64,000 nt of DNA, taken from the NCBI GenBank assembly GCA_009842645.1, contig VYFB01000068.1, positions 10,904-74,903 on the forward strand, in the 5' to 3' direction. Below the pieces are notes generated by a model, which saw nothing but the letters and a program-made list of their open reading frames with translations, had not been told where the DNA came from and searched no databases. Below are positions 19,663 through 28,903 of this stretch, one piece after another; the stretch's first letter is position 1; each line of letters starts with the position of its first letter. The stretch comes from Nitrospira sp. SB0677_bin_15 (GTDB lineage Bacteria; Nitrospirota; Nitrospiria; Nitrospirales; UBA8639). Both the position numbers and the translations under genes were made by a program.

Positions 19663-19875
19663 ATGCCAGTCAACGTGCTTCGCAAGGATATTCCCAAAGG
19701 AGAAAAACCGCCGGGCTGGGTTTCGGCGCGTGAACGGGACACAAAGTCCGTGGAAGACAAAATGAAAGAAGCCGACTTGGCTGCAGAAGAACAACAAAAA
19801 TTGTGGGAATCGGAAGAAATCGGCATTGTGCGCTGGTCCGGTGAGGAAGGACAGCGTTTCAGCGATCCCGAGTAG
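19663..19875 (+). CDS. Small hypothetical protein
   Basis: 70 aa from ATG 19663, preceded by AGGAGG at 19651-19656. No recognisable domain. Confidence 0.4.
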   Translation: MPVNVLRKDIPKGEKPPGWVSARERDTKSVEDKMKEADLAAEEQQKLWESEEIGIVRWSGEEGQRFSDPE

Positions 19876-19904
19876 CGGTGTTATCTGTCATCCCCGTCTC
19901 ACAA

Positions 19905-19943
19905 CTCCCTCGCCCCTTGAGGGAGAGGGTCGGGGTGAGGGGG
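19905..19943. repeat. Family A hairpin repeat (copy A3, reverse orientation)
   Basis: ctccctcgccccttgagggagagggtcggggtgaggggg, immediately upstream of hemL. Confidence 0.75.
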
Positions 19944-19956
19944 AGAGGTAATCACA

Positions 19957-21240
19957 GTGAAGAGCGCGACGTCGAAAAGATTATTTGCCCATGCACAAAA
20001 ATATATTCCAGGCGGGGTGAACAGCCCGGTCCGCGCGTTTCGGTCGGTCGGCGGGCATCCGTTGTTCATCACGCGTGCGCAGGGCGCCACGGTGACCGAC
20101 GCGGACGGCAACGTGTATCTCGATTACGTGGCCTCGTGGGGACCTATGATCCTGGGACACGCCCATCCGGGAGTGGTGCGGGCCATCCGGCGCGCTGCCG
20201 GCGCGGGGACCAGCTACGGCGCGCCGACAGTACAGGAACTGGAGCTGGCGCGGATGATATGTGAGGCGTTCCCCTCCGTCGACAAAGTTCGACTCGTGAG
20301 TTCCGGCACGGAAGCCGTGATGAGCGCCATCCGGGTGTCGCGGGGCTTCACCAAACGGGACGCCATCCTCAAATTTGAAGGGTGTTACCACGGCCACGCC
20401 GATCACCTGCTGGTGAAGGCGGGGTCCGGGGCCGCGACACTGGGTCTGCCCGACAGCCCGGGCGTGCCCAAGGCTGCGGCACGTCAGACGCTCACCGCGC
20501 CGTATAATGACATCGAGTCGGTCAAGAGCCTGGTGAGAAAACATTGGCGGGATCTGGCTTGTATCATCGTCGAGCCGATCGCAGGCAACATGGGCGTGGT
20601 GTTGCCGCAACCGGACTTTCTCCGGCAACTGCGCACGCTCACCAGGAAACACGGCATCCTCCTGATCTTCGACGAAGTGATTTCCGGATTTCGCGTGGCC
20701 TATGGAGGAGCGCAAACCCTGTACGGCATTGCCCCCGATCTCACGTGCCTGGGGAAAATCATCGGCGGGGGATTGCCGGTCGGCGCCTACGGCGGGTCAA
20801 AGCAGATCATGGATCTGGTGGCGCCGGCAGGTCCTGTGTACCAGGCCGGGACCTTGTCAGGGAACCCGTTGGCCGTGACCGCGGGAATCGAAACGTTGAA
20901 ACGACTCAGGGCCTCCGGGGTATATGAAAAATTGGAACGGCGAGGCAACCAGTTGGCGCAAGGCTTGGCGCAAGCAGCCAAGCAGGCCAGCGTCCCGTTT
21001 TACCAAACGCGGGTCGGTTCCCTGCTGGGTGGGTTCTTTACGGAAGGCCCTGTTGTGGATTACCAATCAGCCAAGAAATCCGATACGGCCCGATACGCCA
21101 AGTTCTTCCACCAGACGTTGAAACGCGGGTCCTACTTCGCCCCCTCCCAATTCGAAGCCGCTTTCGTCTCCACCGCGCATACCGCAGCAGACGTCGAACA
21201 AACCATCAAGGCCGTGCACGAAGCGTTTCGGCGGTTGTAA
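19957..21240 (+). CDS. hemL: Glutamate-1-semialdehyde 2,1-aminomutase
   Basis: 427 aa with GTG start. KYIPGGVNSPVRAF, and DEVISGFR with a downstream lysine region. Confidence 0.92.
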   Translation: MKSATSKRLFAHAQKYIPGGVNSPVRAFRSVGGHPLFITRAQGATVTDADGNVYLDYVASWGPMILGHAHPGVVRAIRRAAGAGTSYGAPTVQELELARMICEAFPSVDKVRLVSSGTEAVMSAIRVSRGFTKRDAILKFEGCYHGHADHLLVKAGSGAATLGLPDSPGVPKAAARQTLTAPYNDIESVKSLVRKHWRDLACIIVEPIAGNMGVVLPQPDFLRQLRTLTRKHGILLIFDEVISGFRVAYGGAQTLYGIAPDLTCLGKIIGGGLPVGAYGGSKQIMDLVAPAGPVYQAGTLSGNPLAVTAGIETLKRLRASGVYEKLERRGNQLAQGLAQAAKQASVPFYQTRVGSLLGGFFTEGPVVDYQSAKKSDTARYAKFFHQTLKRGSYFAPSQFEAAFVSTAHTAADVEQTIKAVHEAFRRL

Positions 21241-21252
21241 TCTTGTCCCAAG

Positions 21253-21590
21253 CTGTCATTCCTGTATGTGTTCAGTCATTCGTTGACCCATTTCATCCTC
21301 TCCTTCTGTCATCCTCGACATCTTTAATCGAGGATCCAGGGTTGTTTTTTGTCGTTGTAGCTGCCGCATCTCATGCGGCTTGGAGAAGCCAAGGGCAGGA
21401 AGCGCCATGAGGCATGTCCCGGACTTTAATCCGGGATAGCGCGGCTACACATGCAAAAAGAAAACCCCTGGATCCCCGATCGGAGTCGGGGATGACGGAG
21501 GGGGAATTGTCAACGAATTAGTGAACATCTACAATTCCCGACCATACAAACTGGATCCCCGATTAAGGATGTCGGGGAGGAATTCAGCGT
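21253..21590. repeat. Composite nested-palindrome (MITE-like) element at the left border of the defence island
   Basis: Inverted family B ends (21253-21287 ctgtcattcctgtatgtgttcagtcattcgttgac / 21507-21535 attgtcaacgaattagtgaacatctacaa). They enclose inverted ttaatcgaggatcca / tggatccccgat...cggggat motifs and gtagctgccgc...gcgcggctac. Related blocks at 47801-47930. Confidence 0.6.
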
Positions 21591-21836
21591 CGTCCTCCTG
21601 CACAGACGGGGATCTTGAAACAGCACAATGGGAGAATCCTTCATATGCGATTCAAAATGACGGGCATAAACGAATTTTTCATCGATGACTAATTGAAAGT
21701 TTAAGGCATGACTGATTGAAAGGTTTCAAGGAGCTGATTAGACGACCAATTACAAGGTTGGGGCAGGTAAGGTTAGTGCCCAGACGCCGTCGCCGAAACT
21801 CACGGAGTGTCTAAAACGCCACAGCCACTTGGACTT

Positions 21837-24647
21837 TTACGCGGCGGTTGCGCGTGAATGGCGCGCCAGGATATCAAGGATGTCACCTGGAGTCTTGGAC
21901 ACGGCCCAAGTCCAGCGACCGAAGCCGCCATGCGCGTTGACGGCGTTGACCCATTCTTCGAGAAACCGGCGCTTGGTTCGGTCTTGCTCGCTGTCCTGAC
22001 CCTTGATTTCCAATATCAACATGTCACCGGACGTGAGCCTGATGAGAAAATCGGGCCGGTATTTCCGCACCACGCCGCGATAGACGTAGAGCACCTCGAA
22101 GCCGAGGTGATCGTTTTTCACCCAGGCCGCTACCGCGGGGTTGTGATCAAGCTCGAAGGATTCTGACGCTTCCCACGTACTGTCATAGACACAAAAATTG
22201 ATATGACTTTTCGCGGTATGCTCGCAGGGCTTACCGGTGTACCATGTCCCCATGTCACCGGTTGAACGGATGGGATGGTCGCGATCAAACACCGGCTCCA
22301 GCTTCTCGGTATTCTCGAAGCGGATTGCTTCCCAGATGTGTTGGACCACCTTGGTCATATTGAGCGTAATGATGAGACGGCGCTTGAGATCGTCGTGAAC
22401 GAATAAGGCGGGAGTGACGTTGATTCGATCCGAACGAATGAACTGCTCGACCAGCCGAACCAACTGGGCCAGCAGGAAAGCCTTACCACCCTGCCAGTTC
22501 GTCTGCATTTGGTCGTAAACATCCCGAGCGGTTTCGAAGATGATCCGTTGAGTTCTGAATTCCTTTGCCAGTTTTCCCAGATCGATAGCCCCGATTTTTG
22601 TAACGTCCGGTTTGCCCTCGACAACCGAGGCAAGCTCCGCAAGTTTGGCTGTCTGGCTGGCGTCGAGTTCCAAGGTCGTCACCCTTTCCAAATCCAGGGA
22701 AAGGTGCGGGTGGTAGACGTGGTCAATACGGATGACGTTCGGCCAGGAAATTTCAAAAGCCGCTTTGTCCGCTACCGGCTCGATAGCCGTTTTCGGTTTC
22801 GGTGGTTCCGGGATGACGCCCTCCGCCGACTCATGCGGCAGGAAAGTGAACGGCACACCGAAAATATTGACGTGCTCCGGTTTGAACAAGCCGGTGTCCG
22901 GGTCGGCCTCGTAGGCGGTCCGTCGCAAGCCGCGTCCGACGACCTGCTCGCAGAGCAACTGACTGGTAAAGGCTCGCAAACCCATGATATGGGTCACGGT
23001 CTTTGCATCCCAACCCTCGGACAACATCCCCACGGAAATTACCTTCTGTATCTGCTCGCCGGGTTTTCCCACTTGGCCGACGGTGTCCACTTGCAAGCGC
23101 AGTCGCTCGGCTTGTTGTTTTTTGGTCAACTTCGGTTTTTGGTCGTCGTCCCCGCCTTCCTTGCTTTCGTCGGCAGCGATCTCTGCAATCGGCTCCTCGG
23201 CGGCCTCGGCTTGCCCCAGTACCTTGGAGTCGATGTGCAAGGTGCGTTCCGGATCGCAAAGCTCGTCGATGTGGACCTTACGGTGATCCAGCGCATACTT
23301 GATTCGAGCCGCAGTCTCGGTTCGGTTGGCGACCGTAATCATGACCGGCGGCGTCTTGAATCCGGTAGCGTCCCAATCCTTGGTGGCTTCGCGCCAGTCG
23401 TACCCTAGCAGGTAATAACCGTTCATGACCAAATCCGGCAGCGGTTCTTCGGGCTTGGCTTTCCTGGTCAAGTCGTCTTTGACCTCCGGGTCGTTGTAGA
23501 TATGGTACAGGCGGGATTTGTAGGTCCTGGCATCAGGCACCGCGTCGTCGCGAATCACGACGCGCGGGGTCTTGACCAATCCGGATTCAATGGCATCGTT
23601 CAAGCCGAAGTCACTCACGATCCAGTCGAACAATGCCTCCTCGGAACTCCGTTTGCCTGATGGCGCAAAAGGCGTGGCGGAGAAGTCGTAGCAAGTGAGA
23701 ATGCCACGTGCCTTGTTTATCCGGTCGAGACCGCCCACCCACTTGGTCGCTTCCTCGATGTCCTCCTTGGCAACGCCTCTGACCTTGGATTCGGCGGGAA
23801 CCCGCCAGGCGTGATGCGCCTCGTCGTTAATGACCAGGACGTTCCGGGCACTCGCCAAGTCGTCCAGCACTTCGCGGACGTAGGCTTCATCGCTCTTGGT
23901 TCCGCGCTTATCCACGCTACGCTTTTTGTCGATCTTCTCCTCGGTTTCCCGGTTGAGCGCGTGCCAGTTGCGGACGATAACCTTGCCTTGGCGCAGTTTG
24001 TCCAGCAGGGACGACGGCACAATGGAGAACTTTTCATAATAGTTTTCCGAGTCGGACGGTTCGAGCACTGCAAGACGGCTTTTAACCGTCAAGCCGGGGG
24101 CAATGATCAAAACATTCCGGGCAAATCGCGCATCCTGCGGATAGGTCACCTTGTTCAGGATATGCCAGGCGACGACCATGGCCATGACGATGGTCTTGCC
24201 CGAACCGGTCGCCAGCTTTGCGCACAAACGTTGGAACGGCCCGCCGTCAGACTGAGGCTCCACGCCGACCTTATCGGCGGCGGACGCTTCCGCAAGCCAG
24301 ATCAGCGTCTCGGCAGCTTCAAGCTGACAAAAGAATAACCGCCGATTATCGAACTCTTCAGGGTTTGTCCAATGTTCCAGCAGTCGCTTCGTGATGCCCG
24401 TGACGCCCGGATACCCGGCTTCGCGCCACGCCCGTACGCGTGGCCGGATCAGATTGACGAGGGGAATTTCAACGAAATGACCTGGGTCATCGAACGATCG
24501 GGAGCCCTCCGAGGCAATGACGTATCCGGCCGGCCGCCGGTCTTCCACAAGCGAGAAAGTGCGTTGCTCATGGTCATAACTCCAGTACTTCGTTGGTTCC
24601 TCGTAAGGTGAGTTGATGATGAGGCGGTCAATAGTCGCCCGTGCCAT
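21837..24647 (-). CDS. res: Type III-like restriction enzyme Res subunit (SF2 helicase + C-terminal PD-(D/E)xK)
   Basis: 936 aa. KLATGSGKT, INDEAHHAW, C-terminal YRPDFLIRL...LILEIKG nuclease motif. N-terminus IINSPYEEPTKYW is typical of this Res family. Confidence 0.85.
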   Translation of the reverse strand: MARATIDRLIINSPYEEPTKYWSYDHEQRTFSLVEDRRPAGYVIASEGSRSFDDPGHFVEIPLVNLIRPRVRAWREAGYPGVTGITKRLLEHWTNPEEFDNRRLFFCQLEAAETLIWLAEASAADKVGVEPQSDGGPFQRLCAKLATGSGKTIVMAMVVAWHILNKVTYPQDARFARNVLIIAPGLTVKSRLAVLEPSDSENYYEKFSIVPSSLLDKLRQGKVIVRNWHALNRETEEKIDKKRSVDKRGTKSDEAYVREVLDDLASARNVLVINDEAHHAWRVPAESKVRGVAKEDIEEATKWVGGLDRINKARGILTCYDFSATPFAPSGKRSSEEALFDWIVSDFGLNDAIESGLVKTPRVVIRDDAVPDARTYKSRLYHIYNDPEVKDDLTRKAKPEEPLPDLVMNGYYLLGYDWREATKDWDATGFKTPPVMITVANRTETAARIKYALDHRKVHIDELCDPERTLHIDSKVLGQAEAAEEPIAEIAADESKEGGDDDQKPKLTKKQQAERLRLQVDTVGQVGKPGEQIQKVISVGMLSEGWDAKTVTHIMGLRAFTSQLLCEQVVGRGLRRTAYEADPDTGLFKPEHVNIFGVPFTFLPHESAEGVIPEPPKPKTAIEPVADKAAFEISWPNVIRIDHVYHPHLSLDLERVTTLELDASQTAKLAELASVVEGKPDVTKIGAIDLGKLAKEFRTQRIIFETARDVYDQMQTNWQGGKAFLLAQLVRLVEQFIRSDRINVTPALFVHDDLKRRLIITLNMTKVVQHIWEAIRFENTEKLEPVFDRDHPIRSTGDMGTWYTGKPCEHTAKSHINFCVYDSTWEASESFELDHNPAVAAWVKNDHLGFEVLYVYRGVVRKYRPDFLIRLTSGDMLILEIKGQDSEQDRTKRRFLEEWVNAVNAHGGFGRWTWAVSKTPGDILDILARHSRATAA

Positions 24648-24738
24648 TACGTCACCGCCGGCAGGAACAGCAATGGTTCAAGAAGGAAAATCAAAACAGA
24701 AAGATACATCTTACGCAGTTTATGGGGCACATCCAGAA

Positions 24739-25308
24739 TCACAAGGCCAAATCAGCAAAAGCCACTATAGGTCCCAAAAATTTCTTAATGTTAATACCCT
24801 CGTACCGTTCCTCTTCTATCTTTCCTGGCCTGCTTTTCACGGGCTGTTTATCAAGTCTCTCGTTTATTCTCTCACCGATAAGAACGTAACTCATACTTGG
24901 CGTCGGAATCGTTTCTCTGCTTTCAATGCGGCAAACAGCGAGGAGATACCCCAGTAGCGGACGTGATCTCCGTAACTGTTCTTTAGGATGACGGTTTCCA
25001 CCCAGAGTTTTCTTCAATTCGATAAACATCGCATGATACGCTTCTCCATTTTAGTAGATCAGCAGATAATCGCAGATCTTTTTCCAATCTCCCGTTTTCA
25101 GAACTGACAAATGGCCAAATTTCCTGGTGAACTGAATCGTGGTGAGAGAGTCAGGAACACCCGAGACGACCACTATCATATCTGGCTGGTTCTCATTTTT
25201 CTCCCGAAGAGTGATGTCGTTGCTGGTATTTGGTGCTGTTGCCAGAACCTTTCCATCCAACACGTTCTCTATCTGGAAGTTCAGAGTCGCCTTACCTTTC
25301 TGCATCAT
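24739..25308 (-). pseudogene. PD-(D/E)xK-like partner of the ABC ATPase, interrupted by one in-frame TAA
   Basis: ORFs 25051-25308 and 24739-25029 are in the same frame, separated only by TAA (25051-25053). The joined reading ...ICDYLLIY*NGEAYHAMFIELKKTLGG... has a D...ExK pattern. It aligns with CCDYFVTNNDSVFLIEETQ and the shared QPDM of the 47978-48445 protein. ATGA overlap with the ATPase stop. Confidence 0.55.
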
Positions 25309-26879
25309 GACTCAGTACCCCTCACTCGAGATGCCAGTTCATTCGAAGCACGGTTGATTTTGTCGATTGTTGTGTCAAAAATCGGCATTTCTACGCCAAA
25401 TTTATCTACTGCACATTTGGTTAGGCGGTTCTCTTCCGCGACGTACCCTCGAATTGAATCTGGTTCAAGGAAATCGTCTTCCTTATACCCAAGCTTCCTC
25501 ACCACTTTGTCTTTACCCTCAAAGGAGTTGCTTAGCATGATGAGATTGTTGATTTCCTTCACGAGATAGTCACTGTGAGTTGTAATCAAAACTTTCAAGC
25601 CAGTCCGTACCAATCGAGCCAACAGTCGTGCCAACAGAATCTGGTTGGTTGTATCGAGATGACTCTCCGGTTCGTCGATAATGAGGAGGTGATTTTTCTG
25701 AGCGACGTGACGTAAGAAGAAATACAAGTCGGACAACCCACGTGCCGAAGAGGAAGCAAGATGAAGCGGTATGCTGAAGCTGTGTTCTTTGTTGCGTGTT
25801 GTGGATTTGAATTTGATATCGTCACCTGAGCTTTTATAGTAACCCCTTATCATATCCTTTATCTCGTCAAACAACTTGTGTTCATGAAGCTCACTTGTCT
25901 GCTTTTGGAAATCAGATAAATTTCTGGTGTAATCAATGTTGTCTTTGATGGGAAGAGCATAGCGGCTGGTGGTTTTGTCGATCAGGAAAAATGGAGAAAA
26001 GTGCTTTCTGTTTTTTTCAGCTCCCACCTTCTGTAGCAAATCCACCAATTGATTCTTAGTAAAGTCGAGTTCTTTGTAGAAGAGCGAGATGCCAAATCGT
26101 TCAGCAGACAGGACGAATGGAGCCCAAAAAAGCTCTGGAAAGAGAAACCGAAGATAAAGGCGTGGAATTAAGAATAATGCCTCGTCGTCAAAGGATGAGT
26201 TGTGTTGCTTCTCAGTGCGGTCTCTGGTTAGAACAATTTTTTCACCGTTGTATCGTATGGAAAACACGTCTCCCGATGGAAATTTTTCTTCAAGAGAATG
26301 ATTTTTGGGAAACTCACCAATCAACTCAACGTTGAGCGAGGCTCTTTTGAAATCATCTGGTGAAGAACTGAACACACCATAAAGAGCTGTTTTTGAAAAA
26401 CTTTGGGCCAAACTCTTAATCACTTTCTTTCGTTCTTGATCAAGATTCTCTCGATCTATGGTCCATGTGGCTTGGCCTTCCTTCATTGCTCGCCGGACCA
26501 ACATCCCTATTCTTTGCGGCAAGTTGCGCCATTTGTCGTGCAGCGGCTTCCCTTCTTTCCCGCTTCCCACATCCTCAACGTACTCGTCTTCGTCGGCGTA
26601 ATGCTCTCGATCGGGATACTCATCATCAGGGTCGGCCTCATTTGTGTCGTCATTCTGCGCGATGTCATCGTTGCCTATAAGAAAATGTCTAGCATTTGGC
26701 CACGAGTACCACATTTTCAAGAAGCCGTATAGCGTATATACTAGATACGTCTTGCCCGTATTGTTACAGCCAGCAACGATTGTGAGATCTCCCAATTCCA
26801 ATTCAGCGTGATTAACGGGACCAATATCTGTGAATAGAAATTTCACTGATGGAGACTGATGATTGTTGGTGGGCTCCAT
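25305..26879 (-). CDS. ABC-type (AAA_15/AAA_21-like) ATPase
   Basis: 524 aa. Walker A AGCNNTGKT, acidic insert NDDTNEADPDDEYPDREHYADEDEYVED, signature-like SSSARGL, Walker B LLIIDEPESHLD, H-loop ITTHSD. AT-rich. Confidence 0.75.
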   Translation of the reverse strand: MEPTNNHQSPSVKFLFTDIGPVNHAELELGDLTIVAGCNNTGKTYLVYTLYGFLKMWYSWPNARHFLIGNDDIAQNDDTNEADPDDEYPDREHYADEDEYVEDVGSGKEGKPLHDKWRNLPQRIGMLVRRAMKEGQATWTIDRENLDQERKKVIKSLAQSFSKTALYGVFSSSPDDFKRASLNVELIGEFPKNHSLEEKFPSGDVFSIRYNGEKIVLTRDRTEKQHNSSFDDEALFLIPRLYLRFLFPELFWAPFVLSAERFGISLFYKELDFTKNQLVDLLQKVGAEKNRKHFSPFFLIDKTTSRYALPIKDNIDYTRNLSDFQKQTSELHEHKLFDEIKDMIRGYYKSSGDDIKFKSTTRNKEHSFSIPLHLASSSARGLSDLYFFLRHVAQKNHLLIIDEPESHLDTTNQILLARLLARLVRTGLKVLITTHSDYLVKEINNLIMLSNSFEGKDKVVRKLGYKEDDFLEPDSIRGYVAEENRLTKCAVDKFGVEMPIFDTTIDKINRASNELASRVRGTES

Positions 26880-26914
26880 GGTGTGTTCCTTTGTATGGTG
26901 AACGTCAGATAACC

Positions 26915-26989
26915 TGCAATCTTTGTCATCCTCAGGCTTTTAAAGTCCTGATCGTCAATGACTTTGACCATGATGCGTTTGTACTCACC
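26915..26989 (-). other. Relic of a Mod C-terminal coding end (copy 3, decayed)
   Basis: Reverse-strand reading GEYKRIMVKVIDDQDFKSLRM..., compared with the mod end SGENKRIAVKIIDDRGIESLKIIEVE*. Confidence 0.55.
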
Positions 26990-27293
26990 GACCTCACGTA
27001 GATCGTCTCAGTGGATTAGAGAATCGCCTTGCGGCGGATGTAATTCTGGATCTGTTCAACACCCTGCCAACTGACAAGATCAACTTTGCATTCGAATATC
27101 GTCGCCAACTCTGCCTCCATCCAGGTTATGTCGAATAGAGTATGAGGGCTTCTTCCTCAAAACGTGCCAACCCGTCCATGTCGCTTTCGGGAGACCGAAA
27201 TCGTCTTGTAGCGAACAGGGCCAGTTCTGTCACCTGCCACCGTATACAAAAGGCGGCGATTTCGTCTTGCGGTATGGTCACTTGTGAGTTCAT
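26990..27293 (-). pseudogene. Decayed MntA-type nucleotidyltransferase (second copy)
   Basis: Nucleotide-similar to 28593-28903. It reads MNSQVTIPQDEIAAFCIRWQVTELALFA... An 8-nt deletion removes the GS motif codons, then a -1 shift and TAA follow. ATG overlaps the DUF2235 stop (ATGA). Confidence 0.65.
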
Positions 27294-28476
27294 TGCTTTG
27301 CCGCTTTAGTCGATTTTGGAATTTTGTATTCCCGTAACCCGCTGATTCCTTCTATCTTGTTGCTGAGGTTGCCGTTATTCAATAGTAGTTTGAAACTGAG
27401 TCCGCGCAGTGCTGGTGGCCGGTAGCCGGTAACTTTATCAAATCGCTCTTTGACGCATTGATACAGAATAGGGAGGTCATTTAGATTCTTGCTTGGTCGG
27501 TCATTGACGTTGACCCGAATCATGCGAGGTTCCTGAGCCCCGATTTCTGTCAGCAAGCCTGAATGAGTGTGCAAAATGCCTTGGATCATCGGATTGATCG
27601 CAATGTCGTCTACGGTCAGCCCCGCCATCGCTTTGCCTTGTTGTACAAGCAAATTCTTGATACCAGCTTGATTACCTGGTTTTATAGCAATATCTTTACC
27701 CAAAGTCGCTTCGCACTGTTTGATCATAAACCGAAGCGCTTGATCAGACAGTCCATCAAACCAATAACCCCCACCAATATCGCTGTGGACGCCGGGGAAC
27801 CAGACCTCCAAAATGCGGTCTGGGTTCTTCCCATCCTTGTTAATTAGCGTTGGATCAAAAGGCACGCGGTCTTCATCAAGTGATACGATGTGCACAGCCC
27901 GCTGCACTCGTGCATTCAAAGTACCATTCTCGAACACCACGTCGCTACTAATCTTCTCACCTTTTCGGTGTATGCCGTTCATGGCGGCGACGGTGTCGAA
28001 TACACCCAAGAAAGAGACGGTGCACTTATTCTTGTCGTTAAGGATCTGGCTGACGAATTTCCGAGCCAATGCCGCACCTCGGCTAAAACCAAAACCACGA
28101 TTCGATCATTGTCCTCATAACATTTCTCGAAATCATTTCGTGCCTCGCGAAGAATCCTGGCTGCGTCCCCCCATTTTGGTGCCACAGTCATATTTACGAA
28201 CTTCTGAGCTTTTGAGATCAGCCAACCCACCAACGGGACCCATTGGCCGTCTTCACGGGTACCGATGCCGTTGTAGTAGTGAGTTATCTGATCCTCGCCG
28301 TTTAGTGTTTTTGTCGAGGAGTTGTCGGCCTCTATTCCTCCACCCATCAGGATGTGGAGTTTGAGTACGTTGCTTACACTTTCATCTTCGGCAAACTGTT
28401 TGGCATCGCTCGGTTCATTACCAGTGCCGTCAAAACTAAAAACGAGAGTTTTGTGTATCCGTTCGTTTTTTGACAT
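27290..28476 (-). pseudogene. DUF2235 (Tle1-like alpha/beta hydrolase) gene with a frameshift
   Basis: N-terminal part (27979-28476) reads LVFSFDGTGNE...YYNGIGT. C-terminal part (27290-28069) reads ARKFVSQ...GVFDTVAAM...FPGVHSDIGGGY. The frames join if the run aaaa at 28091-28094 (tttt on the coding strand) gains one base, restoring RIVVFGFSRGAALARKF. Confidence 0.75.
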
Positions 28477-28514
28477 TGGTACTCTCCTATCAAGCCCTTT
28501 GTTATTATTGGCCC

Positions 28515-28592
28515 TCACTCTATCTCCACAATCTTCAAACTCTCGATGCCCCGGTTGTCGATGACTTTGACAATGCTGCGTTTGTACTCACC
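28515..28592 (-). other. Relic of a Mod C-terminal coding end (copy 2)
   Basis: Reverse-strand reading GEYKRSIVKVIDNRGIESLKIVEIE* (TGA at 28515-28517). About three quarters nucleotide identity to 29790-29867 by eye. Confidence 0.65.
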
Positions 28593-28903
28593 GACCTCAC
28601 GTAGATCGTCTTGGCGGATTGGAGGATAGATTTGCGGCGGATGTAGTTTTCGCTCTGTTCAACGCCTTGCCAACTCACAAGATCAACTTTGCGTCCGAAT
28701 ATCGTCGCCAACTCTTCCTCCATGCGGTCTAGATCGAACAGGGTATGTCGGGCTTTTTCCTCAAAACGTGCCAATACGTCTACGTCGCTTTCGGGACCGA
28801 AATCGTCGCGTAGCACGGAACCGAACAAAGCCCGTTCCGTCACCCGCCACCGTTTACAAAAGGCGGCGATCTCGTCTCGCGGTATATTGATATGCGCGTT
28901 CAT
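28535..28903 (-). CDS. MntA-type minimal nucleotidyltransferase (no HepT partner)
   Basis: MNAHINIPRDEIAAFCKRWRV..LFGSVLRDDFGPESDVDVLA (GS...DxD pol-beta NTase motif). ATG 28901-28903 overlaps the TIR-like gene stop (ATGA). The last ~20 codons read out of frame through the Mod-end relic. Confidence 0.75.
   Translation of the reverse strand: MNAHINIPRDEIAAFCKRWRVTERALFGSVLRDDFGPESDVDVLARFEEKARHTLFDLDRMEEELATIFGRKVDLVSWQGVEQSENYIRRKSILQSAKTIYVRSVSTNAALSKSSTTGASRV

Noticed and set aside
21640-21760. Imperfect direct repeats atgactaattgaaagttt / atgactgattgaaaggttt downstream of res, and a 15-codon ORF nearby.
   Set aside because: There are only two short imperfect copies, with no SD or conservation signal I can assess. 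That is insufficient to call a feature.
26880-28534. Search for a HepT/DUF86 toxin gene next to either NTase copy.
   Set aside because: No ORF with an R-X4-H HEPN pattern is present. The NTase genes run directly into the Mod-end relics.
28535-28592. C-terminal tail of the NTase ORF (RSVSTNAALSKSSTTGASRV) as a genuine domain.
   Set aside because: It is an out-of-frame reading of the Mod-end relic. In the relic frame the same bases give GEYKRSIVKVIDNRGIESLKIVEIE*.
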